Below, piece after piece: positions 1 to 8,552 of a DNA stretch of 64,000 bases (positions are counted from its first letter, which is position 1; every line of letters begins with the position of its first letter). Below the pieces are notes generated by a model that did not search any database, was not told where the DNA came from, and saw nothing but the letters and a program-made list of their open reading frames with translations. The translations under genes were made by a program, and so were the position numbers. The DNA comes from Nitratireductor sp. (GTDB lineage: Bacteria; Pseudomonadota; Alphaproteobacteria; Rhizobiales; Rhizobiaceae), in NCBI GenBank assembly GCA_041397525.1, contig JAWKWL010000006.1, forward strand, positions 191,064-255,063. The letters run 5' to 3'.

Positions 1-412
1 CGTGGCGAACCACGTAGACGGTGACAAAGGTCGTCACCATGAAGACTGCAGTTGCAGCGATCGAGCGTCGCGACAGGCGGGCCATCCCGCACACTCCATG
101 TCCGGATGTGCATCCGGAACTATAGGTGACGCCGGCACCAACGATCAGTCCGCCGACAATCATTCCAAGCGTTGATGCCGGCACATCGAAGGGTGCCGGA
201 GTACCGGTAACGACCATGTATCCGACAGGGGCCAGTATCGCGCCCGCAAGAAAAGCCGCACGCCAGGCCCAATCGCTGGCCAAGGGCGGAATGATGCCGC
301 CAAGGATTCCGGTCATGCCGGCAATCCGCCCATGCAGGCCCATGAGCAGGACAGCCGCCAAACCGATCAGGATGCCGCCGATGGTGGATTCGATGGGTGT
401 GAATTCAGTCAA
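1..412 (-). CDS. YeeE/YedE-family (DUF395) sulfur-transport membrane protein; partial, 3' end beyond window
   Basis: Absent from the ORF track because it runs off the window. My minus-strand translation from TTG at 412 gives MTEFTPIESTIGGILIGLAAVLLMGLHGRIAGMTGILGG...VTYSSGCTSGHGVCGMARLS. This shows glycine-rich TM helices plus the GCxSGHGxCG motif of small YeeE/YedE proteins. Divergent from a BigR-type regulator. Confidence 0.65.
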   Translation of the reverse strand, partial: MTEFTPIESTIGGILIGLAAVLLMGLHGRIAGMTGILGGIIPPLASDWAWRAAFLAGAILAPVGYMVVTGTPAPFDVPASTLGMIVGGLIVGAGVTYSSGCTSGHGVCGMARLSRRSIAATAVFMVTTFVTVYVVRH

Positions 413-572
413 AAAAGTCCCTCCAGACTTGTGTTTGGTACTTTGCTGGCCAACCGTCGGGTTGGAGAATGCCGTCACGCCTCCAGCTGTTCATGCCGAT
501 AATCCTCATGCCGGGTGCATGAGGGTATTTCCGGCATTGCAATTTAATTAGAGATAACTAATATATCAAGCC

Positions 573-890
573 ATGAACATCGCCGAACTCGAAAACAATG
601 CGGAACGGGCAGCGGACCTGCTGGGGGCAATGGCCAATCCCAGGCGGCTGATGGTGCTGTGCAAATTGCTCGAAGGCGAGAAAAGCGTGAACACGCTTGC
701 CGACAGTGTCGGCCTCAGCCAATCGGCATTGTCACAACATCTGGCGAAACTGCGCGAGAAGGGCCTGGTTTCGACCCGGCGTGATGCCCAGACCATCTTT
801 TACGGGCTGGCCAGCGAAGAAGTGCGTGGCATCCTCTCCACCTTGTACGGGCTTTACTGCGAACCGGATGTCCTGCGCGCCAAGGCGTGA
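573..890 (+). CDS. ArsR/SmtB-family transcriptional regulator, BigR/SqrR-like
   Basis: 105 aa with a winged-helix core (NPRRLMVLCKLL...VNTLADSVGLSQSALSQHLAKLREKGLV). Two Cys residues (C30, C96) are 66 residues apart. Divergent from the YeeE/YedE gene. Confidence 0.8.
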   Translation: MNIAELENNAERAADLLGAMANPRRLMVLCKLLEGEKSVNTLADSVGLSQSALSQHLAKLREKGLVSTRRDAQTIFYGLASEEVRGILSTLYGLYCEPDVLRAKA

Positions 891-971
891 AGTCGCGGCG
901 AAATCCACAAACGACGTCTGACGCTTCACTTCAAGCCTGACTGTCGGAGCTTGCCAGTTGAACCTTCCCAG

Positions 972-999
972 TTGAACCGGGACAGGATTGATACCATAT
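972..999 (+). promoter_or_regulatory. candidate sigma-32 (RpoH)-type promoter of hsp20
   Basis: TTGAAC (972-977), a 14-nt spacer, then TACCATAT (992-999), about 105 nt upstream of the hsp20 ATG. Resembles the TTGAA-N13-15-CCCCATNT heat-shock consensus. Confidence 0.4.
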
Positions 1000-1103
1000 T
1001 CCCAATGCGAAGTGCTGCTAGCGGGCTTCGTTGTGTGTTGCCGCGGGGCTGACCGGAAACGGATGCCCCTGGGTTGAGGCCCAAGGAACCGGGAAGGCGT
1101 AAA

Positions 1104-1532
1104 ATGACCAGGATTGCAGGATTTTCCAGTCCCCTGCTTTTGGGTTTCGACGAGTTGGAGCGAATGCTTGACCGCGTGTCGAAATCAACGAGCGACGGAT
1201 ATCCGCCCTACAATATTGAACGCGTGAAGGCATCGGGCGACCGCCCGGAGACGCTTTGCATCATCCTTGCCGTTGCGGGGTTCAGCGAAGACGAACTCGA
1301 TATCACCATCGAACAGAACCAGTTGACGGTTCGCGGAAGACAGAACGAAGAGCCGGAAAGGGAGTTCCTGCATCGCGGCATTGCGGCGCGCCAATTCCAG
1401 CGCAGTTTCGTTCTGGCTGAAGGAATAGAGACGGCTGGAGCAACACTGTCAAACGGCCTGCTCACGATCAGCCTTGTACGGCTCCAGCCGGAGCGGGTTG
1501 TTCGCAAGATATCGATCAGTTCTAAGGAGTAG
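1104..1532 (+). CDS. Hsp20/alpha-crystallin family small heat-shock protein (IbpA-like)
   Basis: MTRIAGFSSPLLLGFDELERMLDR...YPPYNIER...AVAGF..DELDI...LTVRG...GIAARQFQRSF.LA. ATG at 1104 chosen inside track ORF 1074..1532. Confidence 0.85.
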   Translation: MTRIAGFSSPLLLGFDELERMLDRVSKSTSDGYPPYNIERVKASGDRPETLCIILAVAGFSEDELDITIEQNQLTVRGRQNEEPEREFLHRGIAARQFQRSFVLAEGIETAGATLSNGLLTISLVRLQPERVVRKISISSKE

Positions 1533-1536
1533 CAAC

Positions 1537-1794
1537 ATGCGTCACGAACCAGCAATATCCGTCATGACTGCAGACGAACTCGCCAGCCTCGGCGCAGGCA
1601 AGATTGCCTACTTGCGCCAGATTTCAGGAAAGGAAATTGCCGAGGCATTCCCCAATTCCATGGAAATCGCACCCGATGCTCTTGTCTGGGCGCTGTTTGC
1701 GGCTGATGGCACACCTCTTGCGCTTGCCGATGACGCGGGTGGCGCACTATCGATGGCTTTCACCAACGACCTGATACCGGTCGCAATCCACTGA
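1537..1794 (+). CDS. DUF1150-family protein (usual partner of hsp20 in Rhizobiales)
   Basis: ATG at 1537 preceded by AAGGAG (1524-1529). 85 aa: ...LASLGAGKIAYLRQISGKEIAEAFP...LFAADGTPLALADD. Lies immediately after hsp20. Confidence 0.65.
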   Translation: MRHEPAISVMTADELASLGAGKIAYLRQISGKEIAEAFPNSMEIAPDALVWALFAADGTPLALADDAGGALSMAFTNDLIPVAIH

Positions 1795-1857
1795 AAAACG
1801 CGGGCGCCGGCCTCGCCGTTTCCTGATGGCAATGCTCCCCGTCTCGGATGCCCCGTC

Positions 1858-2322
1858 TCAGGCAGCGTTGGATGTCTGTGTGTGGGACAGAAGCGCATAG
1901 AGCGCGTTGGCGTCCGCTGTGTCGCGCAATTTTGCAACCGTTTCCGGTTCACGCAGAATGCGCGCGATGCGGGCCAGCGCCTTGAGGTGGTCGGCACCAG
2001 CGCCTTCGGGGGCAAGCAGAAGACAGACAAGATCAACAGGCTGGTCATCCAGCGCCTCAAAATCAATCGGCTTTTCCAGCCGCGCGAAAATCGCGGAGAT
2101 ATGAGCCAGACCCGGGAGTTTGCCATGCGGGATGGCGATGCCGTTGCCAACACCGGTTGAACCCAGCCGCTCGCGCTGCAGCAGTGTGTCGAATATCTGG
2201 CGCGCGGGGATGCCGGTGCTTTCCTCTGCCTTCTCGGACAGGTCCTGAAGCAACTGGCGCTTAGAGCTGGATTTCATGGAAGGGAGAATGTTCTCCACCC
2301 CCAGAAGATCACCTAGATCCAT
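1858..2322 (-). CDS. ptsN: PTS(Ntr) EIIA nitrogen-regulatory protein
   Basis: 154 aa with LLQRERLGSTGVGNGIAIPHGKL (active-site His motif). Located downstream of rpoN-hpf. Confidence 0.9.
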   Translation of the reverse strand: MDLGDLLGVENILPSMKSSSKRQLLQDLSEKAEESTGIPARQIFDTLLQRERLGSTGVGNGIAIPHGKLPGLAHISAIFARLEKPIDFEALDDQPVDLVCLLLAPEGAGADHLKALARIARILREPETVAKLRDTADANALYALLSHTQTSNAA

Positions 2323-2373
2323 TTTCGTTTCCTTTCAGGGCCAATCAGAACAAGGCCCGGAAGCCGGTATTCG

Positions 2374-2949
2374 TCATCCCTTTTTGGATGCGGTCGGGTT
2401 GATCCAGCCGATATTTCCGTCTGGTCGACGATAGACAACGTTGGTATCGCCGCTGGCGGCGTTGGTGAACACGATTACCGGCCTGTCGGTCAGGTCAAGT
2501 TGCATGACAGCCTGCGCAACACTCTGGGTGGCGACCTGTGTCAGCGACTCGGCGATGATGACCGGATTGTAGTCCTCCGGCAGTTCTTCTTCTTCGTCCG
2601 GAGCCTCGACTACCGAATAGCTGGCTTCTGCCAGGACGCGGGCGGCAGCGGGCGCGTGATGATCCTTCAGGCGGCGCTTGTAGCGGCGCAGGCGTTTTTC
2701 GATGCGTTCGGCTGCATCATCGAAACAGCTCTGCGCGTCGTGACCGCGTGCCGTGGCCTGCAACACCACCCCCGTATCAAGGTGAATTGCCAGATCGCTT
2801 TCAAACGCATTTCCGGATTTTTCAATGGTGGCATGGCCGCTATAGCCACCGTCAAAATATTTGCCAACTGCGTCGTTGATCCGGTCCTCGATCCTCTGGC
2901 TGAGGGATTCGCCAATGTTCATGTGTTTGCCGGAGATTCGCAGAGTCAT
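2374..2949 (-). CDS. hpf: ribosome hibernation promoting factor (long HPF, sigma-54 modulation protein family)
   Basis: MTLRISGKHMNIGESLSQRIEDRI... N-terminal S30AE domain plus a C-terminal dimerisation domain. ATG at 2949 chosen inside ORF 2374..2997. Confidence 0.85.
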   Translation of the reverse strand: MTLRISGKHMNIGESLSQRIEDRINDAVGKYFDGGYSGHATIEKSGNAFESDLAIHLDTGVVLQATARGHDAQSCFDDAAERIEKRLRRYKRRLKDHHAPAAARVLAEASYSVVEAPDEEEELPEDYNPVIIAESLTQVATQSVAQAVMQLDLTDRPVIVFTNAASGDTNVVYRRPDGNIGWINPTASKKG

Positions 2950-3293
2950 GGGAAGGAAACACCTTTTTGTGTTGTTCGATTTGCAAAGATCCCGCACCAG
3001 CCATCAAGCCAGCGACTCACCGGAGAATAACCCGGCGGGACAAGATGATACAATGTTTCAGCTTTGCCTGCTGCACAGTTTGTTGAAGCCGGTAGCGTCA
3101 GGGCGAGGTTCAAGCCGTGACCGGATGATGCTTTCCTTGTCGCTCATCAACGGCACTGGCTGGCCGCATGATCTTCGGAGACTACCAAGGTCGATGCCAA
3201 TTTTGGTGCCAATGTCGGACCATTACCCTGCGTTTCCGGCGCGCTTCTATTGATGGTCAGGGTCAATGTCAAGGCTGCGCTCGCATCCCGTGT

Positions 3294-4850
3294 CTAGCTG
3301 GCCCTTTTTTCCACAAAGGCGCGCTTTTCCCGGCGACGTTGCACGGAGGAGGGAATGTTCATCGATTCACGGTACTTGGCGACGGTTCGCCGTGCGATTT
3401 CAATGCCAGCCTGTTGCAGGGCTTCGACTATCGCATCGTCAGACAGCACATTCTGTGCCGATTCCATCGAAATCATCTGCCGTATCTGGTGGCGGACCGA
3501 TTCCGCCGAATGGGTTTCATCGCCCTGTGTCGACGAAATTGCCGAAGTAAAGAAGAATTTCATCTCGAACAGGCCACGATCGGTCATCATGTATTTGTTG
3601 GCGGTGACGCGACTGACCGTAGATTCATGCATCTTGATCGCTTCGGCAATGGTCTTGAGGTTGAGCGGACGCAAATGTTCGATGCCGAATGCCAGAAACA
3701 TGTCCTGCTGGCGTACAATTTCCGTGGCCACTTTCAGGATGGTCTGCGCCCGCTGGTCGAGGCTCTTGGTCAGCCAACTGGCTGTTTGCAGGCACTCGGT
3801 AATGAAGGTCTTGTCCGCCTCGTTGCGGCAGGCCCTGCTGATTTCTGCATAATAGGTCCGGTTGACCAGAACCCGGGGCAAGGCATCGGGATTGAGTTCA
3901 ATGGTCCAGCTGCCATCTGGCCGGGGTGACACCAGAACATCGGGAACCACGGCCTGGACCGGGTCACTGGCGAAGGCGCTGCCGGGACGCGGATCAAGCG
4001 CGCGGATTTCGCGCACCATGTCGGCAATGTCTTCCTGGTCGACGCCACAAATACGGGTAAGTTGCGGGAAGTCGCGTTTTGCCAGAAGATCCAGATTGGC
4101 GACCAATGCCTGCATCGCCGGGTCGAAACGGTCAAGTTCCCGCAATTGTATGGCAAGGCATTCCGACAGGTTGCGGGCTGCGACACCGCTCGGTTCAAAT
4201 CCCTGGACAACGCAAAGTACTGCCTCGACATCCTCCATATCGGCACCAAGGGCGACGGCGATTTCCCCCAATGGTCGACGCAAGTAGCCGTCCTCGTCAA
4301 CCGATCCGGCAATTTCCTCGGCGATGAAACGGTCGGCGGGCGTTTTCAGCGCCCCTGGAATCTGCTCGCGAAGAACTTCGCGAAGGGTTTGCGGGCGTGC
4401 CGCAAACGCCTCCATGCCGTCGGCATCAATGTCATCAAAACCGCCACCCGCGCCAGAACCGCCACCGGCTCCAAGACCGGTGGAAGGACCATGCGCGGCG
4501 ATCGCGGGCATGTCGGCATCGAAACTGTTTTCGATGGAAGTGCCGAGATTCTCCTCAATCACGCTGCTCGAAACATCTAGATCGCCGTTTACGAGGTTCG
4601 TCGCATCATCCGCGTCCGGCTTCCTTTGCGAAGTCGGGTTATCGTCAATTTCATGGTGGGTTTCGTGGCCTTGCAGATTGTCGCGATCATCACTTGCCAG
4701 TTCAAGCAGCGGGTTCTTCTCAATCTCACGGTCGATGAACTGGAAAAGCTCGAGATGGCTGAGTTGCAGCAGGCGAATCGACTGCATCAACTGGGGTGTC
4801 ATCACCAGTGATTGCGACTGTTTGAACTGCAATTTGGCGGAAAGCGCCAT
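3294..4850 (-). CDS. rpoN: RNA polymerase sigma-54 factor
   Basis: MALSAKLQFKQSQSLVMTPQLMQSIRLLQLS... and the C-terminal RpoN box (ARRTVAKYRE). ATG at 4850 chosen inside ORF ..4886. Confidence 0.95.
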   Translation of the reverse strand: MALSAKLQFKQSQSLVMTPQLMQSIRLLQLSHLELFQFIDREIEKNPLLELASDDRDNLQGHETHHEIDDNPTSQRKPDADDATNLVNGDLDVSSSVIEENLGTSIENSFDADMPAIAAHGPSTGLGAGGGSGAGGGFDDIDADGMEAFAARPQTLREVLREQIPGALKTPADRFIAEEIAGSVDEDGYLRRPLGEIAVALGADMEDVEAVLCVVQGFEPSGVAARNLSECLAIQLRELDRFDPAMQALVANLDLLAKRDFPQLTRICGVDQEDIADMVREIRALDPRPGSAFASDPVQAVVPDVLVSPRPDGSWTIELNPDALPRVLVNRTYYAEISRACRNEADKTFITECLQTASWLTKSLDQRAQTILKVATEIVRQQDMFLAFGIEHLRPLNLKTIAEAIKMHESTVSRVTANKYMMTDRGLFEMKFFFTSAISSTQGDETHSAESVRHQIRQMISMESAQNVLSDDAIVEALQQAGIEIARRTVAKYRESMNIPSSVQRRREKRAFVEKRAS

Positions 4851-4967
4851 GAAACCTGCCCTGTTTGCCTCTTTTACCGGTTCCATCCGGTGTTTTACGG
4901 GCTCTGCGACAGGTATCGTACTGCTGTGGCCCGCTTCTTGCTAGCAGACCATAGCAGCACCGCGTTC

Positions 4968-6065
4968 TCAAAGTGTAAACTGCTCTCCGAGATATGTACG
5001 CCTGACATCGGGATTGCGGACGATCTCGTCCGGGCGGCCATGGGTGAGAACCTGGCCCGACGCAATGATATAAGCGCGATCAATGAGGCCCAGTGTTTCG
5101 CGGACATTGTGGTCGGTGATCAGGACACCGATACCGCGGCGCGTCAGATGCCGGACCAGTTCCTGGATGTCACCAATTGAAATCGGGTCAATACCGGCGA
5201 AAGGTTCGTCGAGCAGCATGAAGGTCGGGCGGGTGGCAAGGGCGCGCGCAATCTCGCAACGCCGCCGCTCTCCACCCGAAAGCGCAATCGAGGGCTGCTT
5301 GCGCAAGTGCGTGATCGAGAATTCCTCCAGCAGCGCGTCAAGCTGGCGCTCGCGTTCCTTCCGGCTTGGTTCCACCACTTCAAGAACGGCGCGGATGTTG
5401 TTTTCGACCGAAAGCCCCCGGAAGATCGATGCTTCCTGCGGAAGATAGCCAATTCCCAAACGCGCCCGGCGATACATCGGGGTCGCGGTGATGTCATAAC
5501 CGTCGAGCTCGATACGCCCGGCATCGGGCTGGATAAGGCCGGTGATCATGTAGAAGCAGGTGGTCTTGCCAGCGCCGTTGGGACCGAGCAGGCCAACCGC
5601 CTCACCGCGCCTGACACCCAGTGTCACGCCGCGAACAACCTGGCGCCCCTTGAAGCCTTTCTGCAATCCGGTGACGGCCAACACGCCTTCACGACCCTTG
5701 CGCTGCGGACCTGCCGATGCCGCAAGTGGTGATGATTTGCCGGTTGAAGCCGGGCTGGCATTGCCCCTTGGCGAGTTTGCGGTTCCTGCCGGCGGCTGCG
5801 GCACAGGTTTGCCATTCAGGCGGGAGGCACCGGCTGCAGGTGATTTTGGCGCCTTGTCCCTGCCCAGGGCACCCAGAACCGACGTCGCGACAAGCCTGAG
5901 CGACGCGGCAGTATCGCCAAGCCAGTCGCCCAGCTTGCCACCCGCGCCAATGGACTTTGGCTTTGGTGACACGGGCTTTTGGGGCTTGGGCGCCTGCCTT
6001 GCAGCCGGCTTGCCAGAATTGTTGCGTCTTGCCGGATCCAAGGGCTGATAAACCTCTCCGCTCAC
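4968..6065 (-). CDS. lptB: LPS export ABC transporter ATP-binding protein LptB, as drawn with a 126-aa Pro/Lys/Ala/Ser-rich N-terminal extension
   Basis: Walker A GPNGAGKTT, signature LSGGERRR, Walker B LLDEPFAGIDP. The canonical core starts near GVLAVTGLQKGFKG. The GTG at 6065 overlaps the lptA stop (GTGA). An alternative GTG/TTG start lies near 5684. Confidence 0.85.
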   Translation of the reverse strand: MSGEVYQPLDPARRNNSGKPAARQAPKPQKPVSPKPKSIGAGGKLGDWLGDTAASLRLVATSVLGALGRDKAPKSPAAGASRLNGKPVPQPPAGTANSPRGNASPASTGKSSPLAASAGPQRKGREGVLAVTGLQKGFKGRQVVRGVTLGVRRGEAVGLLGPNGAGKTTCFYMITGLIQPDAGRIELDGYDITATPMYRRARLGIGYLPQEASIFRGLSVENNIRAVLEVVEPSRKERERQLDALLEEFSITHLRKQPSIALSGGERRRCEIARALATRPTFMLLDEPFAGIDPISIGDIQELVRHLTRRGIGVLITDHNVRETLGLIDRAYIIASGQVLTHGRPDEIVRNPDVRRTYLGEQFTL

Positions 6066-7543
6066 TGGTTGCCCGCAGATTTCGGCGTGAAGAGCATCTT
6101 GACGCGGCCAGCGCCAGCGTCAGGACAGCTTTTCATCTGGGCGAAATTCGTGGCCAGGTTGAAATCCAGTTCGCAGCCTTTTACGACATTTTTGCCCTGG
6201 CTCAATACAACATTTCCAATCAGGTATGCATGGTTTTCCTGCATCCGCACAACCGCACGGTCTGCGGTGACAACCTGATCGGCTGAAGTCAGCCGGACCT
6301 TTCCGGGAGCATCGATCTGCCGGATGCCACCGCCAAGCCCACCGGGTGCCGATTTCGCGCCGCCCGATCCCCGAAGGAAACTGACCGTCAGGCGCGCCGT
6401 GGTCAAGACACTGCTTCCCTGCTCGACGCGGACATTGCCGACCAGCGTTGCCGTCTGTCGAGGCATGTCGACAACTGCCGAATTGGCGGAAGCCGTCTGG
6501 TCCTTTGATTGCAGGACCACGCGGCCAGGGGCAGTAATCTTGCGAACCCCGCCAACACCCTGCGCCCCGTCACGGTTATCCGGCAGGAACTCGATGTTCA
6601 GCAGGTTGGTGCGAATGGAACTCTGACCGTCATTGACGATCACATTGCCATTTAGCACCGCAAGCTCGTCCGCCATGCGCACTTCAAGCGTGTCGGCATC
6701 CGCAATCTGGCTGCCAGATTTGAGGCGAACGCGACCGCTGGCCAGTATCCGCTTCACATTGCTGCCCGGCAATGTTTCCTCGCCGTCACCGCTTTGATAT
6801 TCGATGGCAAGATTGTTGGCATTCAGAATGCCATTGCCGTCGCTGACGATGACATTGCCGGAAAGGTTGGCAATCCGCTCTGCCATTTCCACGACCGCGC
6901 TGTCAGCCTCTGCAGTCTGCCTGGGAGATGACAATCTTACCTTTCCTGGTGCTAGCACCTTGCGAATGCCGTCGCCGGGTTGGCCGGCATCGCCGCCAAA
7001 CAGGATATCCATCACCTCAGTCTCAAAAGCGCTGTCGCCCTGACTGAGTTTCACGCTTCCGGTCAGCGTGGCAACCGACTGTTCCATGTCGACCACAGCG
7101 CTTGCCGCCGAAACATTCTGGTTGCCGGTATTCATCCTGACATCGCCATCAGCGGAAATGGTGCGGATGTTGCCCGCAAGAGCATTTGCACCGGTTGTTG
7201 TATCCGGGCCATTCCCCGCCCCTGCATCCGGACTACCGGCATAGGAAACCGTAAGCTTGACCGTTTCCAGGCTGGTCCTGCCTTGCACGACTTTCACGTT
7301 GCCGTCAAAAATGGCAAGTCCCTTGCCATCCTGCACTTCGAGCCGGTCAGCGCGAATATCGGCGGGTTGGCTGCGGTCTCCGAGCGCGAAAGCTGATGCG
7401 GTGGGTTGAGGCGGCGCAGCGTTTGCCGTCGGCTGTTGGGCATGGCCATGCCCGGAATGCAGGATCACGGCCACGAACAGCACCAGCGATACATTTCCCG
7501 CAAAGCCGGGTTTATTGCCGACATTGAACATGGCACCGCTCAT
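6062..7543 (-). CDS. lptA: LptA/OstA-domain periplasmic protein, expanded (493 aa) with about five tandem LptA-like modules
   Basis: N-terminal signal-like segment, then repeated units of the form (I/V)R.I.A.G.V.L.S..Q.A.A..AVV.M.....L.GNV.V..G. Sits between lptC and lptB. Confidence 0.75.
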   Translation of the reverse strand: MSGAMFNVGNKPGFAGNVSLVLFVAVILHSGHGHAQQPTANAAPPQPTASAFALGDRSQPADIRADRLEVQDGKGLAIFDGNVKVVQGRTSLETVKLTVSYAGSPDAGAGNGPDTTTGANALAGNIRTISADGDVRMNTGNQNVSAASAVVDMEQSVATLTGSVKLSQGDSAFETEVMDILFGGDAGQPGDGIRKVLAPGKVRLSSPRQTAEADSAVVEMAERIANLSGNVIVSDGNGILNANNLAIEYQSGDGEETLPGSNVKRILASGRVRLKSGSQIADADTLEVRMADELAVLNGNVIVNDGQSSIRTNLLNIEFLPDNRDGAQGVGGVRKITAPGRVVLQSKDQTASANSAVVDMPRQTATLVGNVRVEQGSSVLTTARLTVSFLRGSGGAKSAPGGLGGGIRQIDAPGKVRLTSADQVVTADRAVVRMQENHAYLIGNVVLSQGKNVVKGCELDFNLATNFAQMKSCPDAGAGRVKMLFTPKSAGNQ

Positions 7544-8403
7544 TGTGCAGTGCTGCCAGTGCTGGAAACGGGTGATGTACCACGCAATCCGGCTTCGGAC
7601 GGAGGCATGACGCTGTCCTTTTGCGGTTGAATGGTCATGTGCACTGAACCGGTGAACACGATTGTCTTGCCCTTGTCACTGACCGAAATGGACTGGGCAC
7701 TGATATTGGCTGTGCCGATATCAACTTCAACCGGTTGCGCGCTCTTGATCGTACCGCTGCCCATGTCGATCTGGGCATCGCGGAGACGGATGGACATGCC
7801 GTCATCGGTATCGACGCTGACATTGCCACCCAGTTCAAGCGACTTGGTGTCAGCATCGTAGAGGCCGGTTCCCGCCTTGATTGCAGCGAACTTGTTGTCA
7901 CTGATAGGCAATTTGCCAATAATTGACTCAAGCGAGATCCGCGAAAGCTTCGTTGAATCCTGAACTGCCCGGTCTGCCGTCAGGTTGTAGGGCCGGTTCT
8001 GCTGATCGGTCCCATCCAAACGCGGATTGCTCATTACCAGCTTGCCGTCCACGACCGTCGTATCGCCAATCTCGACGTCAGGAAGCCGCGAATTTGAAAA
8101 GATCGTTGCGGCAGCTATGCCGAGAATGACCACACCCGCACCGAAGGGAAGACCAAGCTTGAGGAAGCGAACCAGACGGCTGTGACGATGGGCGCGCAGA
8201 AATTCTTCTGCGCCACGTCCCGAAGACATGAAATCAAGACCGTCGGACTGTGAACGCCGTGGGTCTGACAAAGCCGGACCCCTGGCGGCACTTGCGCTAC
8301 CGGCAAATTGCGGCTCGCGCCGCCAGTCCTGCAGGGTTCGGTCAGAATCGGCCAAGGGAAATCCAGATCGGTTTGAGCAGATCGCGACTTGGGCAATCAG
8401 CAA
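7540..8403 (-). CDS. lptC: LptC-family LPS export protein (start uncertain; alternative ATG at 8229)
   Basis: TM anchor LGLPFGAGVVILGIAAATIF followed by a beta-rich domain (YNLTADRAVQD...LELGGNVSVDTDDGMSIRL). The 4-nt overlap with lptA suggests coupling. Confidence 0.7.
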   Translation of the reverse strand: MLIAQVAICSNRSGFPLADSDRTLQDWRREPQFAGSASAARGPALSDPRRSQSDGLDFMSSGRGAEEFLRAHRHSRLVRFLKLGLPFGAGVVILGIAAATIFSNSRLPDVEIGDTTVVDGKLVMSNPRLDGTDQQNRPYNLTADRAVQDSTKLSRISLESIIGKLPISDNKFAAIKAGTGLYDADTKSLELGGNVSVDTDDGMSIRLRDAQIDMGSGTIKSAQPVEVDIGTANISAQSISVSDKGKTIVFTGSVHMTIQPQKDSVMPPSEAGLRGTSPVSSTGSTAQ

Positions 8404-8552
8404 TAATGCGCTAACCGGTCACCACGGTCCGGCTGCATGGAGGCGCAGCAACACGGTTTTCTTGTTCTTTTTACGGCAAAAGCGTTAACCATTACTTCGC
8501 CCGCCGCCAAGTGACAGCCTTCGTCAGTGTTGCCTGTGATCACTGTCGAAAA

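Noticed and set aside
126-551. 141-aa plus-strand ORF at the window start
   Set aside because: It lies antisense to the YeeE/YedE gene, whose translation carries clear family motifs. The plus-strand product is low-complexity Pro/Ala/Arg-rich with no motif. This is a typical high-GC antisense artefact.
1006-1103. ROSE-type RNA thermometer in the hsp20 leader
   Set aside because: The context is right, but I could not find the defining hairpin that pairs the SD (GGAAGG, 1092-1097) with a U(U/C)GCU anti-SD and a bulged G. The hairpins I see lie upstream of the SD. It is kept only as something to test with the covariance model.
3168-3929. 253-aa plus-strand ORF spanning the rpoN 3' end and the hpf-rpoN spacer
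   Set aside because: It mostly overlaps rpoN in antisense. The part in the 344-bp spacer has no SD or conserved-looking sequence. I could not support any feature in the spacer itself.
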